Shown here piece by piece: positions 23,687 through 35,457 of a DNA stretch of 64,000 bases. Under the pieces are notes generated by a model, which was not told where the DNA came from, did no database searches, and saw only the letters and a program-made list of their open reading frames with translations. The DNA lies in contig OZ361260.1 in the NCBI GenBank assembly GCA_977018835.1, positions 186,001 to 250,000 on the forward strand, given 5' to 3'. Position 1 is the stretch's first letter, and each line of letters starts with the position of its first letter. The stretch is from Minutocellus sp. GHC0000111 (Eukaryota). Made by a program: the position numbers and the translations under genes.

Positions 23687-26600
23687 ATGGCCACGGTTGG
23701 CGATCCCCCAGATGGAAGCGAGGATGCTGGTGACAGCGGCAACTCTCGGCGTGCGGCGAAGGCTGGGAGCAACGATGTAAGTATCAACTATTTCTGTATT
23801 CATTTCGGTGAATGAGCATGCGATTGATATCAGATCCACACATATTTTCGACTGACCAAGAGCGAAAGGGAATTCCCCGCACTGATGACACATGAAAGGG
23901 AACGTCGACAATCATTGTCCATTGGTGTGTGATTTTGAGTTGCAATCAAAATCATCCAGCGGTAGCAATATTTCCCTTCAAGGAGAACATTTTTTTTTTT
24001 TTTTTTTCGTGCTGATTTATTTCCATGACGTAATCATGATGATTATATGACGTTCTTCCTTTTGAATACCCCCCAGTATTCATTCGGAAGAACCAAAACG
24101 AGATCTAACTCTCCTTTGACTTATACATTGTTTTATTTACGTGACATAGCAAATCCAAATCCAACTCCCAGATGAAGGAATTAAGCAACTGTTGACTGCT
24201 GCCGGTATCGAAGCAACGTTTCTCAATCATAATGGAAAGATATGTGTATGCATTGGCGAGGCTTCAACGGTCAAGCTCTCGGTCCTTTTTCTTCGTGCTC
24301 TTTTGAAGTACTTCGGGGCCACTGACCCTGCAATTAATGGTGAAGATATTGGTGCCGCTGGTGATGGAAACGATAGGGGCGCTTGTATCAGATTGAACAC
24401 TGAAGGATTTGGGAGCACTGGAGCTTTCAAAATGCTGGTGTATTCACTCGTCTCGCAGGGCATTCATGCCTATCGCACTTACGGCGAGGTAGATGACAAC
24501 TTGGATGACCTAAATCCGTATCGACGTAATCTCATCATGCGCAGCGAAGACGTTAGAATAATGATGAAGATAATGGATAACGAGGGTTTCGCCGGTGAAC
24601 TGACGCTCGGAAAATTCACCGAGGATCTCAATCATGAATGGTGGGAATTTTACTATGGAGTGCTCCCTTCTCATCATGGTGACACAAACTCTCAATATCA
24701 GACTTATCGTCGTGACGCAAATTACGTGCAGAGCTTTCTCTTCGGGATAATGAAGACGTTGCTTAGAAAGCGAGACGTCAGCGAACCAACAAAGACCCTG
24801 TTAGAATGTGAACTCGTCCGTGATCGGCGACCAGGGGGGAAAGTGGAGAACCTCGACAACCTGTGGATAGAAGACCCCTCTGCCGCGCTTGCATTTTATC
24901 CATTCGTTTCCAATAATAACATCGAACGTATCCTGAAATGCATGGACATAATTGACTCTGGTATCGTGCCAGACTACATCAATAGGGACGGTGACGATGA
25001 CGTTATCGATAAACTTTTTGCCAGTTACCATCCTTTCATTGGCGGAGAACTCAAAAGACGCGGAGCGGAATTCTTTGTTTGCATTCATCGAGATTCGCTT
25101 CCTCAGTTGATAGATTTATTTCTGACTAACGCAATTGACCATCTCAGGGCTACGGTACCAACACTTCTCAGTGAGGACGATCATGTTGGTCCTGATGTTT
25201 TCGCGGACAATAAGGAAAAGAGATATCTCGTCTATCTTTTCCTTGTACAAGGGCTATTGGCGACTCTTGCTCTTGGAGAATTGACAGAGGGCCCTATTTC
25301 AAATGATCTTGACTTACGATTTGCGACAAGCGGAGAAGAGCGGCAATCCATCCACGACCTCTTTCGATCTCATGAATTTCTTCCAACGATCGGTCCGAAC
25401 ACAAAATCAACTGGTAGTTGGGTCGGATATAATGCCATGACTCCCTATTACCTGGGCCAGTTCTTGAAAGACAATGTCCAACTGATTAGGAATAAAGAGG
25501 TGAACATGAACACCCAGAGCTATATTATCGGAGTAATGAAACTACTCTTTGCCAAGCGCTCGAGACCTGCTGTCAAATGTCTCTTGAAGTATGACATATG
25601 GTATGAAGTTGGATTGGGCAGATGGCAGAATATTACGCCCCTCTGGGAAAGTAAAGGATTTGTCGCAAAGACAGAGTTGATGAAAGTGGCCAAAGTATTG
25701 GATGAAATTGACCGTGTGGCTCCTAATGGGGCGGCCATCCTTAATGACTATCTACAAGCCCATTTCGCGAGGGTGGGTGAGGAAACAAAAGCCCATCTTG
25801 ATACGCTCGAAAAGGATACCTTTCTAAATCATGACGAACTCAGCGATGACGCCTCAGATAAAGAAATGAGCGAGACTGAACGCTCGAGGCTATTCGTCGA
25901 CGCTGCTACACCAAGGCGGGAGAGTCGAAAAATGGCCAGCCGAGAAACGCTACTTCTGGAAACTGACAGGCCTCATGGTGCCGTCGATAACGCCGAGGTT
26001 AGTACCGAAGGAAACACCAATGATCAGGAAGCCCTACCGATGGAAGAAGAGGACTTCAATGCACCTCCAGTTAACGACGACTCTATTGATAATATCGATA
26101 ACGCTGACGATGAAGCCGAAGAAGCCAACAGCGAGGCATAATATCGATAACGCTGACGATGAAGCCGAAGAAGCCAACAGCATCGACGACTCGAGTGGCA
26201 GCGATAGAGACGAGCAGAGTAGTGAGGGCAGCGGCAAGAGTGACAATGATAGTGACGATTAAGATGAATTTAAAGATGTCGATCATCTCGCAAACATAAC
26301 CGCAAGCACGACGAAAGTTGATTTAAAAACAAGCATTGCTTCGAGAGGGGATTGGCCAATTGTCCTGTTGGCCTACGTGTCGTTACCTTTCCCGAAGACT
26401 TCCTCGCAGCGATTGAAACTCAGAGGCTGTAATCAGCAACTAGTGCAGCGGGCCAAGGCCGAAGACATCGCAGTGGACATGTTCCGGAGCAGAAATGAGG
26501 CGAAGGAGCAGCTTACATTCCAACCTGCAACGCTGATGATCGGAGCCGTTGGCAATGAAGCAGATAATGATGAGGAGGATCTTGTGTTCGATGCAGAATA

Positions 26601-29542
26601 CGGCGTCGCGAGTGGCGAGTCAACAGTAAAGCGGCACGTGGTCGAGTGTTCAGGACCCAAGGTACTGTATTATGTCATGCTGTCAGCAGGAAGCTATGAA
26701 GAAGCCGATAAATACATCCAGGAAACTATTGAAAAGGGAAGAATAGAGGAGAATTGGAACCAGGATTATCATGACGAGTGCTCAAAAATTGCCGAAGGCT
26801 TGGCAAAAGACATTGCGAGCATCGAATCATTCATAGAGAAGGACAAGAATAGTGAGATCGAAGGGTAAGTGCTGATTTTTATTTTCTGGTTAAATACCAA
26901 GAGGTATTCAAACAGAATTTGAACACTCACGAATATTTCCTCTCTTTGCGCATAGGGAACCTCTTCTTCGAGACTTGGACCGATATACAGGGATGAAAAG
27001 AACTCACTATGTCTTGCGGGCGCGGTATGACATGGTGATTTACTTGTCTCGCCGTCGTCTCGGATCAACCTTTCCAACGTCAATGAGTTACAATTTAATT
27101 GGTTGCAACATTGATGGCCAGCACCGTGGTCTCGCATCGTGGATGAAAACATTCGGTTTGCCATATGGTGATGATAGCAATCGCTCCTTTGACGTGACCA
27201 ACCCGACGCTGCGGAAGCAAATGGAATGCTACCATAATCAAGGATCCAACGTGTTGCACGCTGATTCACAGATCCTCGACAAGGTCAATGTCACGGTTCT
27301 TCATTTCACACGAGATGTAGACCACCTCAGAGCAGTCAGTGACCTTAATGCTCGTGCTGCATCATCGGGACAAACCAATTTCTCGCAACTCAGCAACATG
27401 CTCAAAGATCTCAATGCTGCCAGCCAGGCCAAGGAAATTAAGCATCACACCGTAGAATCATGTCTCATGGAGAGTGGTGGTACTCTCGAAGGAACACTCA
27501 TGTCCGTTAGGGGGGCAGCGGCTTTCGCCCTCGCAAAGAATCTAACTGCGACCTCGCTCTGGGGAAGAGAAGAAATCTCGAAGGTAAAGACAAATGGCGA
27601 TGAAGTAACGCCAGAAAAGAAACTCGAAATGGTGGTAGCGCAGATCACGCTTCTGGCTCGAGGATATCAAAAGGATCCCGACTGTGATGACGACGCCAAA
27701 TTCCATAACGCAATTGGTCACAGAATATCGTATGGAGTTCACAAATTCGAGGCCCCGAAGCAAAAGAGCACCTTCACGCTGACCAAAGAAATCAGAGGAA
27801 CACTTGATCTTGCATCGATGATGGCCCTCAACCCCTCCGCCCTCATCACCTTCCAAATGGCACTTTCTCAGGATCCAAAGATGGCTTCGTACAACAAGCT
27901 TGAACTTATATGGGCGTTTCTGCGGAACGTGGCATCAACTATCGCCGGGAAACAGAGCAAAGGCGCAAGAGGAACAAAGAAGCTCAAGGGAGTGATCGAC
28001 AGCACCCTCGATAATCTGCCGACATATAAATTGGAGGCCATCAGGAATCACATCTTCTACAATGCTCTGTCAGAAATAACCAAGGAATTCACCGAAGTTG
28101 CCCTGGCGACCAAAGGATTCACGACGGTTGAGGTCTCAAACTGGTCGGCAGAGAAATCGATGCTAGTGCAGGGATATCGAGCTTATCAGAATGATCGTCA
28201 CAACGAAGCATCGGCCGAGAAAAGAGATCACATGACAGATACGATCCTTGCCACAGCCTACAAGAACAGGACAGAGTGGACGTCCAGATCGAATTCTCCC
28301 CCAACGGACGTGCTATCATTAGCAATGGCTACATACGTCTCCGTGCTGAGGGAAGCACTAGACGCAGGATATCTGCAGAGCGACGCAATGAAGAAGAGAA
28401 TCAAGGATCTCAAGAACGAAGACGATTGGTTCCTCTTCTCGTCGTCAACGATGAGACGAGATCAGATTCCAACGGACACCGACCTCGACGATAAAACTTG
28501 CATTGTTGGATTCAAGTCAACAAGTGACGAGATATTGTACCTCAGGAAAGAATTCCGATTCGCAGCCATGGTGAGACTGCTAATTGACGAGCCCGCTGAG
28601 GAGGACAAGAATGATCCCAATCTTGCTCAACGATTATGGAAAGCCAAAGATCCAGGGTCAAAAGGTACGATATGAATAATTGAAGCTCGCCTCTTCCTTT
28701 CGTGGTATTCTTCGATAATTGCTCTTTCCTGGTATCCCTTACTCAAATTTAATATTTCTATTTTCCAATCGACAGCAGCCAAACGACGACGATCGCCTAC
28801 ACCAACGTCAAAATTAACAACAAAACCAACCAATGCAGATAACAGTGCAAGGCAAAATGCTGACGACGCGAATGAGAATCAAGATAATTCCGAGGAACAA
28901 GTCGGGGGCCAAGACCAGTCAAGACGAGCAAAAAGAATGAAGTCATCACCGCGACAAAATGAGGAAGTAGTCGCAGGTGATGCCGCTCAAGAGTCGCCAC
29001 CGGCCCGTGATACTAGCCATAGTCCCAAAATGCAACAAGTTATAAGGTACGCCAAAGCACTCCGTGATGGTGATGCAAATCCCCACAGCAACCGTAGGAA
29101 AATGGAAGAAAAGGATACGATCAAAGACGTGACCGTCGGGGTGATGACCGCTGCTGCCGAGGAACTGAGACATGATCCGTTCAGGAAACTTAGTAAGAGC
29201 GACCTGAAAAAGTTAGTCCAAGAAAATCCCAACGACGTGGTGACAATCCTCACCCACCTAAACAAATGGAGAAGAGCGTTGGCAAAGGACCTCAACGCCA
29301 CAGCAAAAAGGATCAAGTCGCCCAGAGTCAAAATGGTGACTCCCCACTCCTTCTCGGAGCTAGGAATGTATGAAACGCAGGACTCGTCCCAAACACCAAC
29401 TTCAGCTGGGACTAGTGATATTGCTGTCCAAGATCAAAATGGAGATCATGCTTCCCCTGTACAAAATCGAAATCTTGGAAATGATCTGAACAATGAAGAG
29501 GCAAAATCCAATGGTGATGAAGATAGTCCTTCAGGTATATGA
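23687..29542 (+). pseudogene. Giant (~1,740-codon) four-exon gene with an IDGQHR ParB/DndB-like motif, disrupted
   Basis: Exons 23687-23776, 24150-26864, 26956-28664 and 28776-29542 join in frame through GT-AG introns. Broken by a 49-bp-period duplication (26089-26181) and a TAA at 26260. Confidence 0.7.
26089..26181. repeat. Tandem duplication of a 44-bp unit with 49-bp period, causing a frameshift
   Basis: ataatatcgataacgctgacgatgaagccgaagaagccaacagc at 26089-26132 and 26138-26181. Confidence 0.95.
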
Positions 29543-29670
29543 TTACATATTAGAGAAATAATAATATATATTATATATGAGCACGTGCCCAATAAAATAC
29601 CACCCTAAGATGAACATAGCACGTGCACATAAAACGGAGAGATGAAGACCACACTCACTTATGCAGCATG

Positions 29671-30573
29671 CTAAACCTGACCATAATCATCCCCGTCATA
29701 TATAGACCTATTAAAAGCCTCACCGCCCCTGAATAATTCCCGCAACAGTTCGAAGGTCGATGATCCAGATGCAAACATGTCGCTGTGATTCCCATGAGTG
29801 TGAATATCATGGAATCTACGAAAATGATGAGCAGGAGAACCATACTTGTGATGCCTCTGCCGAGCGTGAATATCACCACCAAATTGAACATTAAAACGGT
29901 GATATTCTGATATTACACGAGGAAGATACTCATGATTCTGGCGACAGATAAAATGCAAGAATGTGCTTCCTCGCAGTAAAACTCGAGATCCGAATGGATC
30001 ACTACGAAAGTGAAGACAACCAACGTACTCCATGAGGCGGTGATCAAACAAGTACCGATGATATCTCGACGAGGACACAAGAGCTGACACCATGCCCCAC
30101 TGGATGTCATCAGCATACCGCTCGACGACCCTGCCACGCTCGGAGACGCGAAAGAAAAGAACAAATATTTCACAAAGAAGCTGGCGAATGTAGAATAAAT
30201 CCCTACAAGCAGCCGACAAAGAAGACATGGACATCATACTCCTCATCGTGCCATCGGCTTCCAATTGACTGCTCCTGAGACCGGAATACGCTGATGATAA
30301 ATACTGAGGAACATAAGTGCTCTCCACCCAACGAAAAAATCGGACTGTACAAGAATGACCGAGAAGGGACATAACCACGCCAGACCAAGCGTCATTCTCA
30401 GCAGCGCCGTCACTACCAGGACCAAGTATAGTGGACATCAACACGATGCGCCGAGCCAGCTCACGCCCAATAAATGATGGCCCGTTAACGAACCGAGAAA
30501 GCTCAATGCTCGCCCCCGTTGAAGAGGATGAGCCCTGACTGGAGATGCTCGACCTACGCATAAAGGATGGCAC
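29671..30573 (-). CDS. Hypothetical protein, possibly Helitron cargo
   Basis: 300-aa open frame, Arg/His/Phe-rich; no family recognised. Confidence 0.45.
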   Translation of the reverse strand: MPSFMRRSSISSQGSSSSTGASIELSRFVNGPSFIGRELARRIVLMSTILGPGSDGAAENDAWSGVVMSLLGHSCTVRFFRWVESTYVPQYLSSAYSGLRSSQLEADGTMRSMMSMSSLSAACRDLFYIRQLLCEIFVLFFRVSERGRVVERYADDIQWGMVSALVSSSRYHRYLFDHRLMEYVGCLHFRSDPFGSRVLLRGSTFLHFICRQNHEYLPRVISEYHRFNVQFGGDIHARQRHHKYGSPAHHFRRFHDIHTHGNHSDMFASGSSTFELLRELFRGGEAFNRSIYDGDDYGQV

Positions 30574-31014
30574 ACAAACACACCAAAGCTAATAGCACGA
30601 AGTGCCGGGGCAACGCTCCGTATAAACTAACTAACAACAAAGATAAATCACTGCGATCATCACATTAGAGGCCGCCCGGGACATCTGCACCAACAACATG
30701 ATAAACGCAAGAACCCAACCCAAGAGCGATAACAACTCGCAGAATACATGTACCTAGGTACATGTACGAAATTAAGGTACGCACGACAAGCACCAGATGG
30801 TCCCCCCTGGTGCCGCGCACATTTCCTCACCAAAACCACCCCGACGCGGGAGCACCACTCGTCATAAAAATGGCTGAGAAGCTGAGAATGAGATGAGTCA
30901 GTCGCAGAGAACCCGGAGGCATAATTGACGCCGCGCGGAAGTCAGATCAAAAGAGCGCCAGATAGATTGCACCAAGAAGCAATGCCGATGCATTCATAAT
31001 TCCGCAAGTCAAAA

Positions 31015-32658
31015 ATGTGGAAGCACGCGTATCGATCGCTGAATTGGCAAAGGTCCCAACTTTTCCGCCATGCGGCGGCTGCATCTATTGCGGCTTCTTG
31101 CGTGCTGGGCGAGGTAGGCAGCCGTAGCCGTAGCCGCCGCCGCAGTACTGACATCGACAGTGCGACCGCTGGCAGCAGCATCAATAATTGTTGTGATGGT
31201 CTGCATACCATAGCAACAGTAGCACGTTGTGAAAGCGAAGCAGGGGGCAATAGTAGTAGCACTAGACCTGGGCGGAAGGAGGTTACCTTTCGAAAGCGAC
31301 GCTTATCCATTGTTCCAGATGCTGAACATGATGAAAGTGAGGACGACGCTACGCCTTCCTCTGATGCGGACCAAAAAGATATGACGACGATGACAACAAA
31401 TCAGCAAGCAAAGCAGACAACAATGAAAACTTCCTATGCCATCGAAATTGAAAGCACACCATCGTCGCGATCATCTTCTCTGAGTTCCAAGGTATCAGAA
31501 AAGAAGAAAATATTTGCTGAGTTTTTGTCCGAGCTGGGGATAAAAGCGCTGGAGGATGGGGATGACGAGGAAGATTTGAAGGACCTTCGGAAGCATCACC
31601 ATACGACTTTTGCCCATCCCTCTTCGATTGGAAATCAAGAGCTGGCATTTTCCGATGACAAGGTTGGAGCATTTTCGGCCCATGGTATCGAACCTCATCC
31701 CTACATCGTGCGAGAGGAAGCATCGCTACTTTTTTCCTCCAATGTTGAGCCACAGATTGTCACTTTGATAACGCAGAAGATCAACCAAGATCGAGGCATT
31801 GTGGTACAAAACTTTGCTCGCGGCGATCAACAAACGGCTCTCTTTGGTGTATTTGATGGCCATGGCCGAAGGGGAGAGCGTGTTGCAGACTTTGCCATGC
31901 ATGAGATTCCCAACCGGCTTCGTAATCATCCCAAATGTCAGTCAAATTTACACCAAGCATTTGTTGAGACTTATCTTTCTGTCGATGCAGACATCAAGCA
32001 AAGAGCAGAATTTGAACCATGCCATAGTGGAAGCACGGCGTGTGTAGCTGTTTTGCAAGGTTCCAAGCTTACTGTGTCAAATGTGGGAGACTCGAGAGCT
32101 GTCATTGGAAGGAGAAGAAGAAAGGGTGAACAAGGTGGGGGTAAGGCGAAGTACTCTCTCCCAGGGGGTCCTACAGTAGATTTGCCGCGAATGCGGTATG
32201 ATTCAATTTCTCTTACGAAGGATCAGAACGCAAAAGATCCAGTCGAAAAACGAAGGGTAATTAAGTCTGGTGGATTTGTCGCGGAGCCTCGAGAACCTGG
32301 CCTTCCTGCGCGAATTTATCTTGACAAAGAGTGCACCTTGGTGGGCTTGGCAATGTCTAGATCTCTCGGCGATCATAACATGAAGCAGATTGGAGTGATC
32401 GCGAACCCTGTGATTACACACCACATGGTAGCCGATCAAGATGAATTTCTGATACTGGCTTCGGATGGGGTATGGGAATTCATTTCGTCTGAGGAAGCCG
32501 TCAGGATCGTCGGAGATTGTCTTGATAAGGGCCTAACGGCCAGCGAAGCCAGCATTCAGCTAATTCGTCATGCTATGAAGCTATGGAAGAAAATTGAGGG
32601 AGATTATCGTGATGACGTAACTGCCATTGTCGTTCGGTTTCCTCAATTGTTCGAATGA
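31015..32658 (+). CDS. Protein phosphatase 2C (PPM family)
   Basis: NQDR, FGVFDGHG, SGSTAC, NVGDSRAV, GLAMSRSLGD, LILASDGVWEF, RDDVT; intact. Confidence 0.93.
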   Translation: MWKHAYRSLNWQRSQLFRHAAAASIAASCVLGEVGSRSRSRRRSTDIDSATAGSSINNCCDGLHTIATVARCESEAGGNSSSTRPGRKEVTFRKRRLSIVPDAEHDESEDDATPSSDADQKDMTTMTTNQQAKQTTMKTSYAIEIESTPSSRSSSLSSKVSEKKKIFAEFLSELGIKALEDGDDEEDLKDLRKHHHTTFAHPSSIGNQELAFSDDKVGAFSAHGIEPHPYIVREEASLLFSSNVEPQIVTLITQKINQDRGIVVQNFARGDQQTALFGVFDGHGRRGERVADFAMHEIPNRLRNHPKCQSNLHQAFVETYLSVDADIKQRAEFEPCHSGSTACVAVLQGSKLTVSNVGDSRAVIGRRRRKGEQGGGKAKYSLPGGPTVDLPRMRYDSISLTKDQNAKDPVEKRRVIKSGGFVAEPREPGLPARIYLDKECTLVGLAMSRSLGDHNMKQIGVIANPVITHHMVADQDEFLILASDGVWEFISSEEAVRIVGDCLDKGLTASEASIQLIRHAMKLWKKIEGDYRDDVTAIVVRFPQLFE

Positions 32659-33356
32659 GTCTGTGCACCAAGTATTGAAATTTAGCTAGATCTACTCTCA
32701 TGTGTGTTCAATCTGCATCATCTAGATCTAATAAAGAGTCCTGGAGATTTCTAGAGATCTAACTAAAATCTACATTGTATAATGGAATCCATCACCACTA
32801 CATCTACAGTACATGGCATATCTACGGTACATGTAGCTAGCTAGAGTTTACATGCAGAGCTATCATACTACGTGGTGGTGCCGAAGATGTTGAAACTTGC
32901 ATTCGCCATCTCCTGCTCATTTTGGCTGTGCTCTTTCCGAGGTCTAATTGTCCTCATCACGAGGAAAAGCTGAGGTCTCAAACAAGGATGTCAATTATCC
33001 TTATTTTTGGGGACGGACTGATGTAGATCGACGTACCGGTACCGGTAGCTAGCTAGAACAGCATCTGCTACATTGAAACATGTTTCAATGTGCACATGTA
33101 GTCCAATCCAAACGATTGGGTCGTTGTGCACTGTGGTGGTGGACTGTTCACACTATAGCTACACGTACCGGTAGATCTACCTCAAGTCTGCAAGTCTAGC
33201 TAGTTTAGCAGTCTAGCTACATGTACGTTTTGAGGCCTTTGAATATCATGCAAATAGTGTCTCGAAGAACGTGCATCTGAAATTTTAGACACCAAATCAA
33301 AGTCGGTGAAGTTGTGGCATCTGAACTTTCGGACGCTGCGACTAAATTGAGACACC

Positions 33357-34087
33357 ATGGAACATGGCATCAGATGGCGGCACCAGATGGCGGCTCTATC
33401 CTCATCACACATTGCATCTTTTTTGGCCTCAGGCCTCACTTGGGCCTCACCCTGCGTTCTTTGGCATGAACAACTCGGCATTTTGCATTCCATTGAAGCC
33501 TTTCCACCCGATCACTTGATATCTCTAGAAGACAATCACTGGCTGATACTCTATTCTTCATCACCATGTGCATCACCACCATCAATTCAAGCAGCAGGAC
33601 CCGCGCGGTTGAGGGCGAAGTCGATCCAAGTACCAGTAGCGGCACTTCTCGGGCAATTTCCCTCCTTCCTCTTCGCCGAAGAACACCGAAACAACCTTGT
33701 CCCTCCGAAAGAAGTATTCGACGAGTAAGACTGCTTGGCTCGTCGCAAGCATCAAACAACCTATCAACATCAAGTCAAGGAGAAAGGAAAATCTCCGATA
33801 CATCGGAGAGCTCCGCTAACTCCGCTCATCAGCCACGATGTGATTCTATCAAAAAGAGATGCCAACCTCGTCGAGAAAGACAAGAAGGTCGTCCAAATGT
33901 CCCTGATAATCAAGATTCTGAACCAGGAACGGAATATATCTCATCACTAAGTGATACGCCTTCTTCACTTCGCACTTCGAGAAGAGGCAACGATGGTCAC
34001 TACCTCTCTTTGCATTCTAAAACATTCCGCCTGCTTGATTTTGAAGAAGACGATGACGATAGCGATGACGATGATTCCCACATGTAG
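33357..34087 (+). other. Possible low-complexity gene or pseudogene
   Basis: Two overlapping ORFs (33357-33728, 33566-34087), Ser/Arg-rich with an acidic tail; no domain recognised. Confidence 0.25.
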
Positions 34088-34760
34088 CTTCGTGTTACTT
34101 ACTTGTTGTTCTTTGGAACTACGTAGTGGGGCAGTTGAGAAGTCAAGAACAATCGCATCGACAAAACCCGCTACTACGCTACATTATTTCGCCATTCATC
34201 TTTGGAGGTGCCGCGAACATGCACTCACTGTGCAAATAGACATTACATAGTAATTTTTCCATGCCTTTAATCCATCTCATACACCACATAATACGGTAGC
34301 TAGATCTGCAACGACATGCCTCCTAATTCTTTCTGCATCGTAACCAATGCATTTGTACCGGTAGAATTTCTATGTAACCTGACCTTCATTTGTGACACAC
34401 TATCCCTTGACGTCAACAATTAGATCTAGAGCAAACAAGTTTTTGTGCGCTGTACAAGTACAACAAATGTTTCTTGGCGATGCCCTTCCTCGTCAATTTT
34501 ACCGTGTGCATGCAATCTACATTGTACGAAAGTCGGCAGAAGTGAATGAGCCAAATTAGACTACTCTAGCTACGTAGGTGGCATATCCATTGTTTCAGCC
34601 CCATCTATGTCTTCTTGCGATGTTCTTCTCGTATATATATATCATCCAGAAACACGAGCCGAACACTTTCTCCATCTCTCTCACCATGCATGTCAAAGCG
34701 CGAGTTTGATTGGATTCGATTACATTTCGAACATGTGGGCTCAACTCGTTGTATCATCAT

Positions 34761-35216
34761 TTATTTCTTCTTCGGTAAGCTTCCATCTCCGCCTCTGCAA
34801 TTTGGGCTGGGGCCGATGGCATCCAACCCGCCCTCTTGGACCATCTTTTCCCACTGGGCGGGCGTTTTGGCCACAATCGATAGGGCATGGACGGGTCCAT
34901 CTGATGCCACCTCCTCCGCCAGGACGGCGTTGACGGCCCTGTGCCGTGCGAGAGGCGTCTTGCACTTGGGTGTGTCGAATTCTGCGGATGCAATTATGAC
35001 CTTGAAATGCGTCTCCGAATTCGCCGGAACGTTGTGCATGTGACTTTCGTTGCGAACCTCGAGATGGAGGGGGCTGAATGCCTCGGTGAGCTCTTTGGTT
35101 ATGGTCTCTGCCACTGGACCGGATGCAGTAGCGGCAGTACTCATTGTAGCAGCGATTCTTCTTGATGCGACGGCTCGACTAGTACTCAATATTATTCCTG
35201 GAGCGAGGAAACTCAT
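34761..35216 (-). CDS. bolA: BolA-family protein, probably mitochondrial
   Basis: LEVRNESHMHNVPANSETHFKVIIAS..LARHRAVN..VHALSIVAKTP..SPNCRGG; Arg/Ser-rich presequence. Confidence 0.92.
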   Translation of the reverse strand: MSFLAPGIILSTSRAVASRRIAATMSTAATASGPVAETITKELTEAFSPLHLEVRNESHMHNVPANSETHFKVIIASAEFDTPKCKTPLARHRAVNAVLAEEVASDGPVHALSIVAKTPAQWEKMVQEGGLDAIGPSPNCRGGDGSLPKKK

Positions 35217-35457
35217 CTGATGAGAAGAGGGGCGGGGAAGCAGATTGGAGATTCGAGGGAGGGGGGTTGGATCTTCAATCGATTTGAAAGGGTTGCATGG
35301 ACTGCTACTGGCCCGGGTGGTAGCTTGGACTGGCTGCTGCGGCGGCTGCTGCTGCTGCTGCTGTTCCACTTATTTTTTTTATTTTCTGTGGCGTAATCAT
35401 GACGACTTTCGATCGCCGGCAGGCAATCGCAAAACCAATCATTTCGTGCGAGCAACC

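Larger units (their letters stand above)
13700..30750 (-). mobile_element. Large Helitron (Helitron2/Helentron-like) region; boundaries approximate
   Basis: RepHel gene at ~13.9-20.3 kb plus neighbouring ORFs with no recognisable host function, lying between the PsbP-like and PP2C host genes. Termini are not confidently identified. Inclusion of 23-30.7 kb is inference. Confidence 0.6.

Noticed and set aside
23989..24007. Poly-T run as a retroposon tail
   Set aside because: It lies within a predicted intron, with no TSD or adjacent retroelement sequence.
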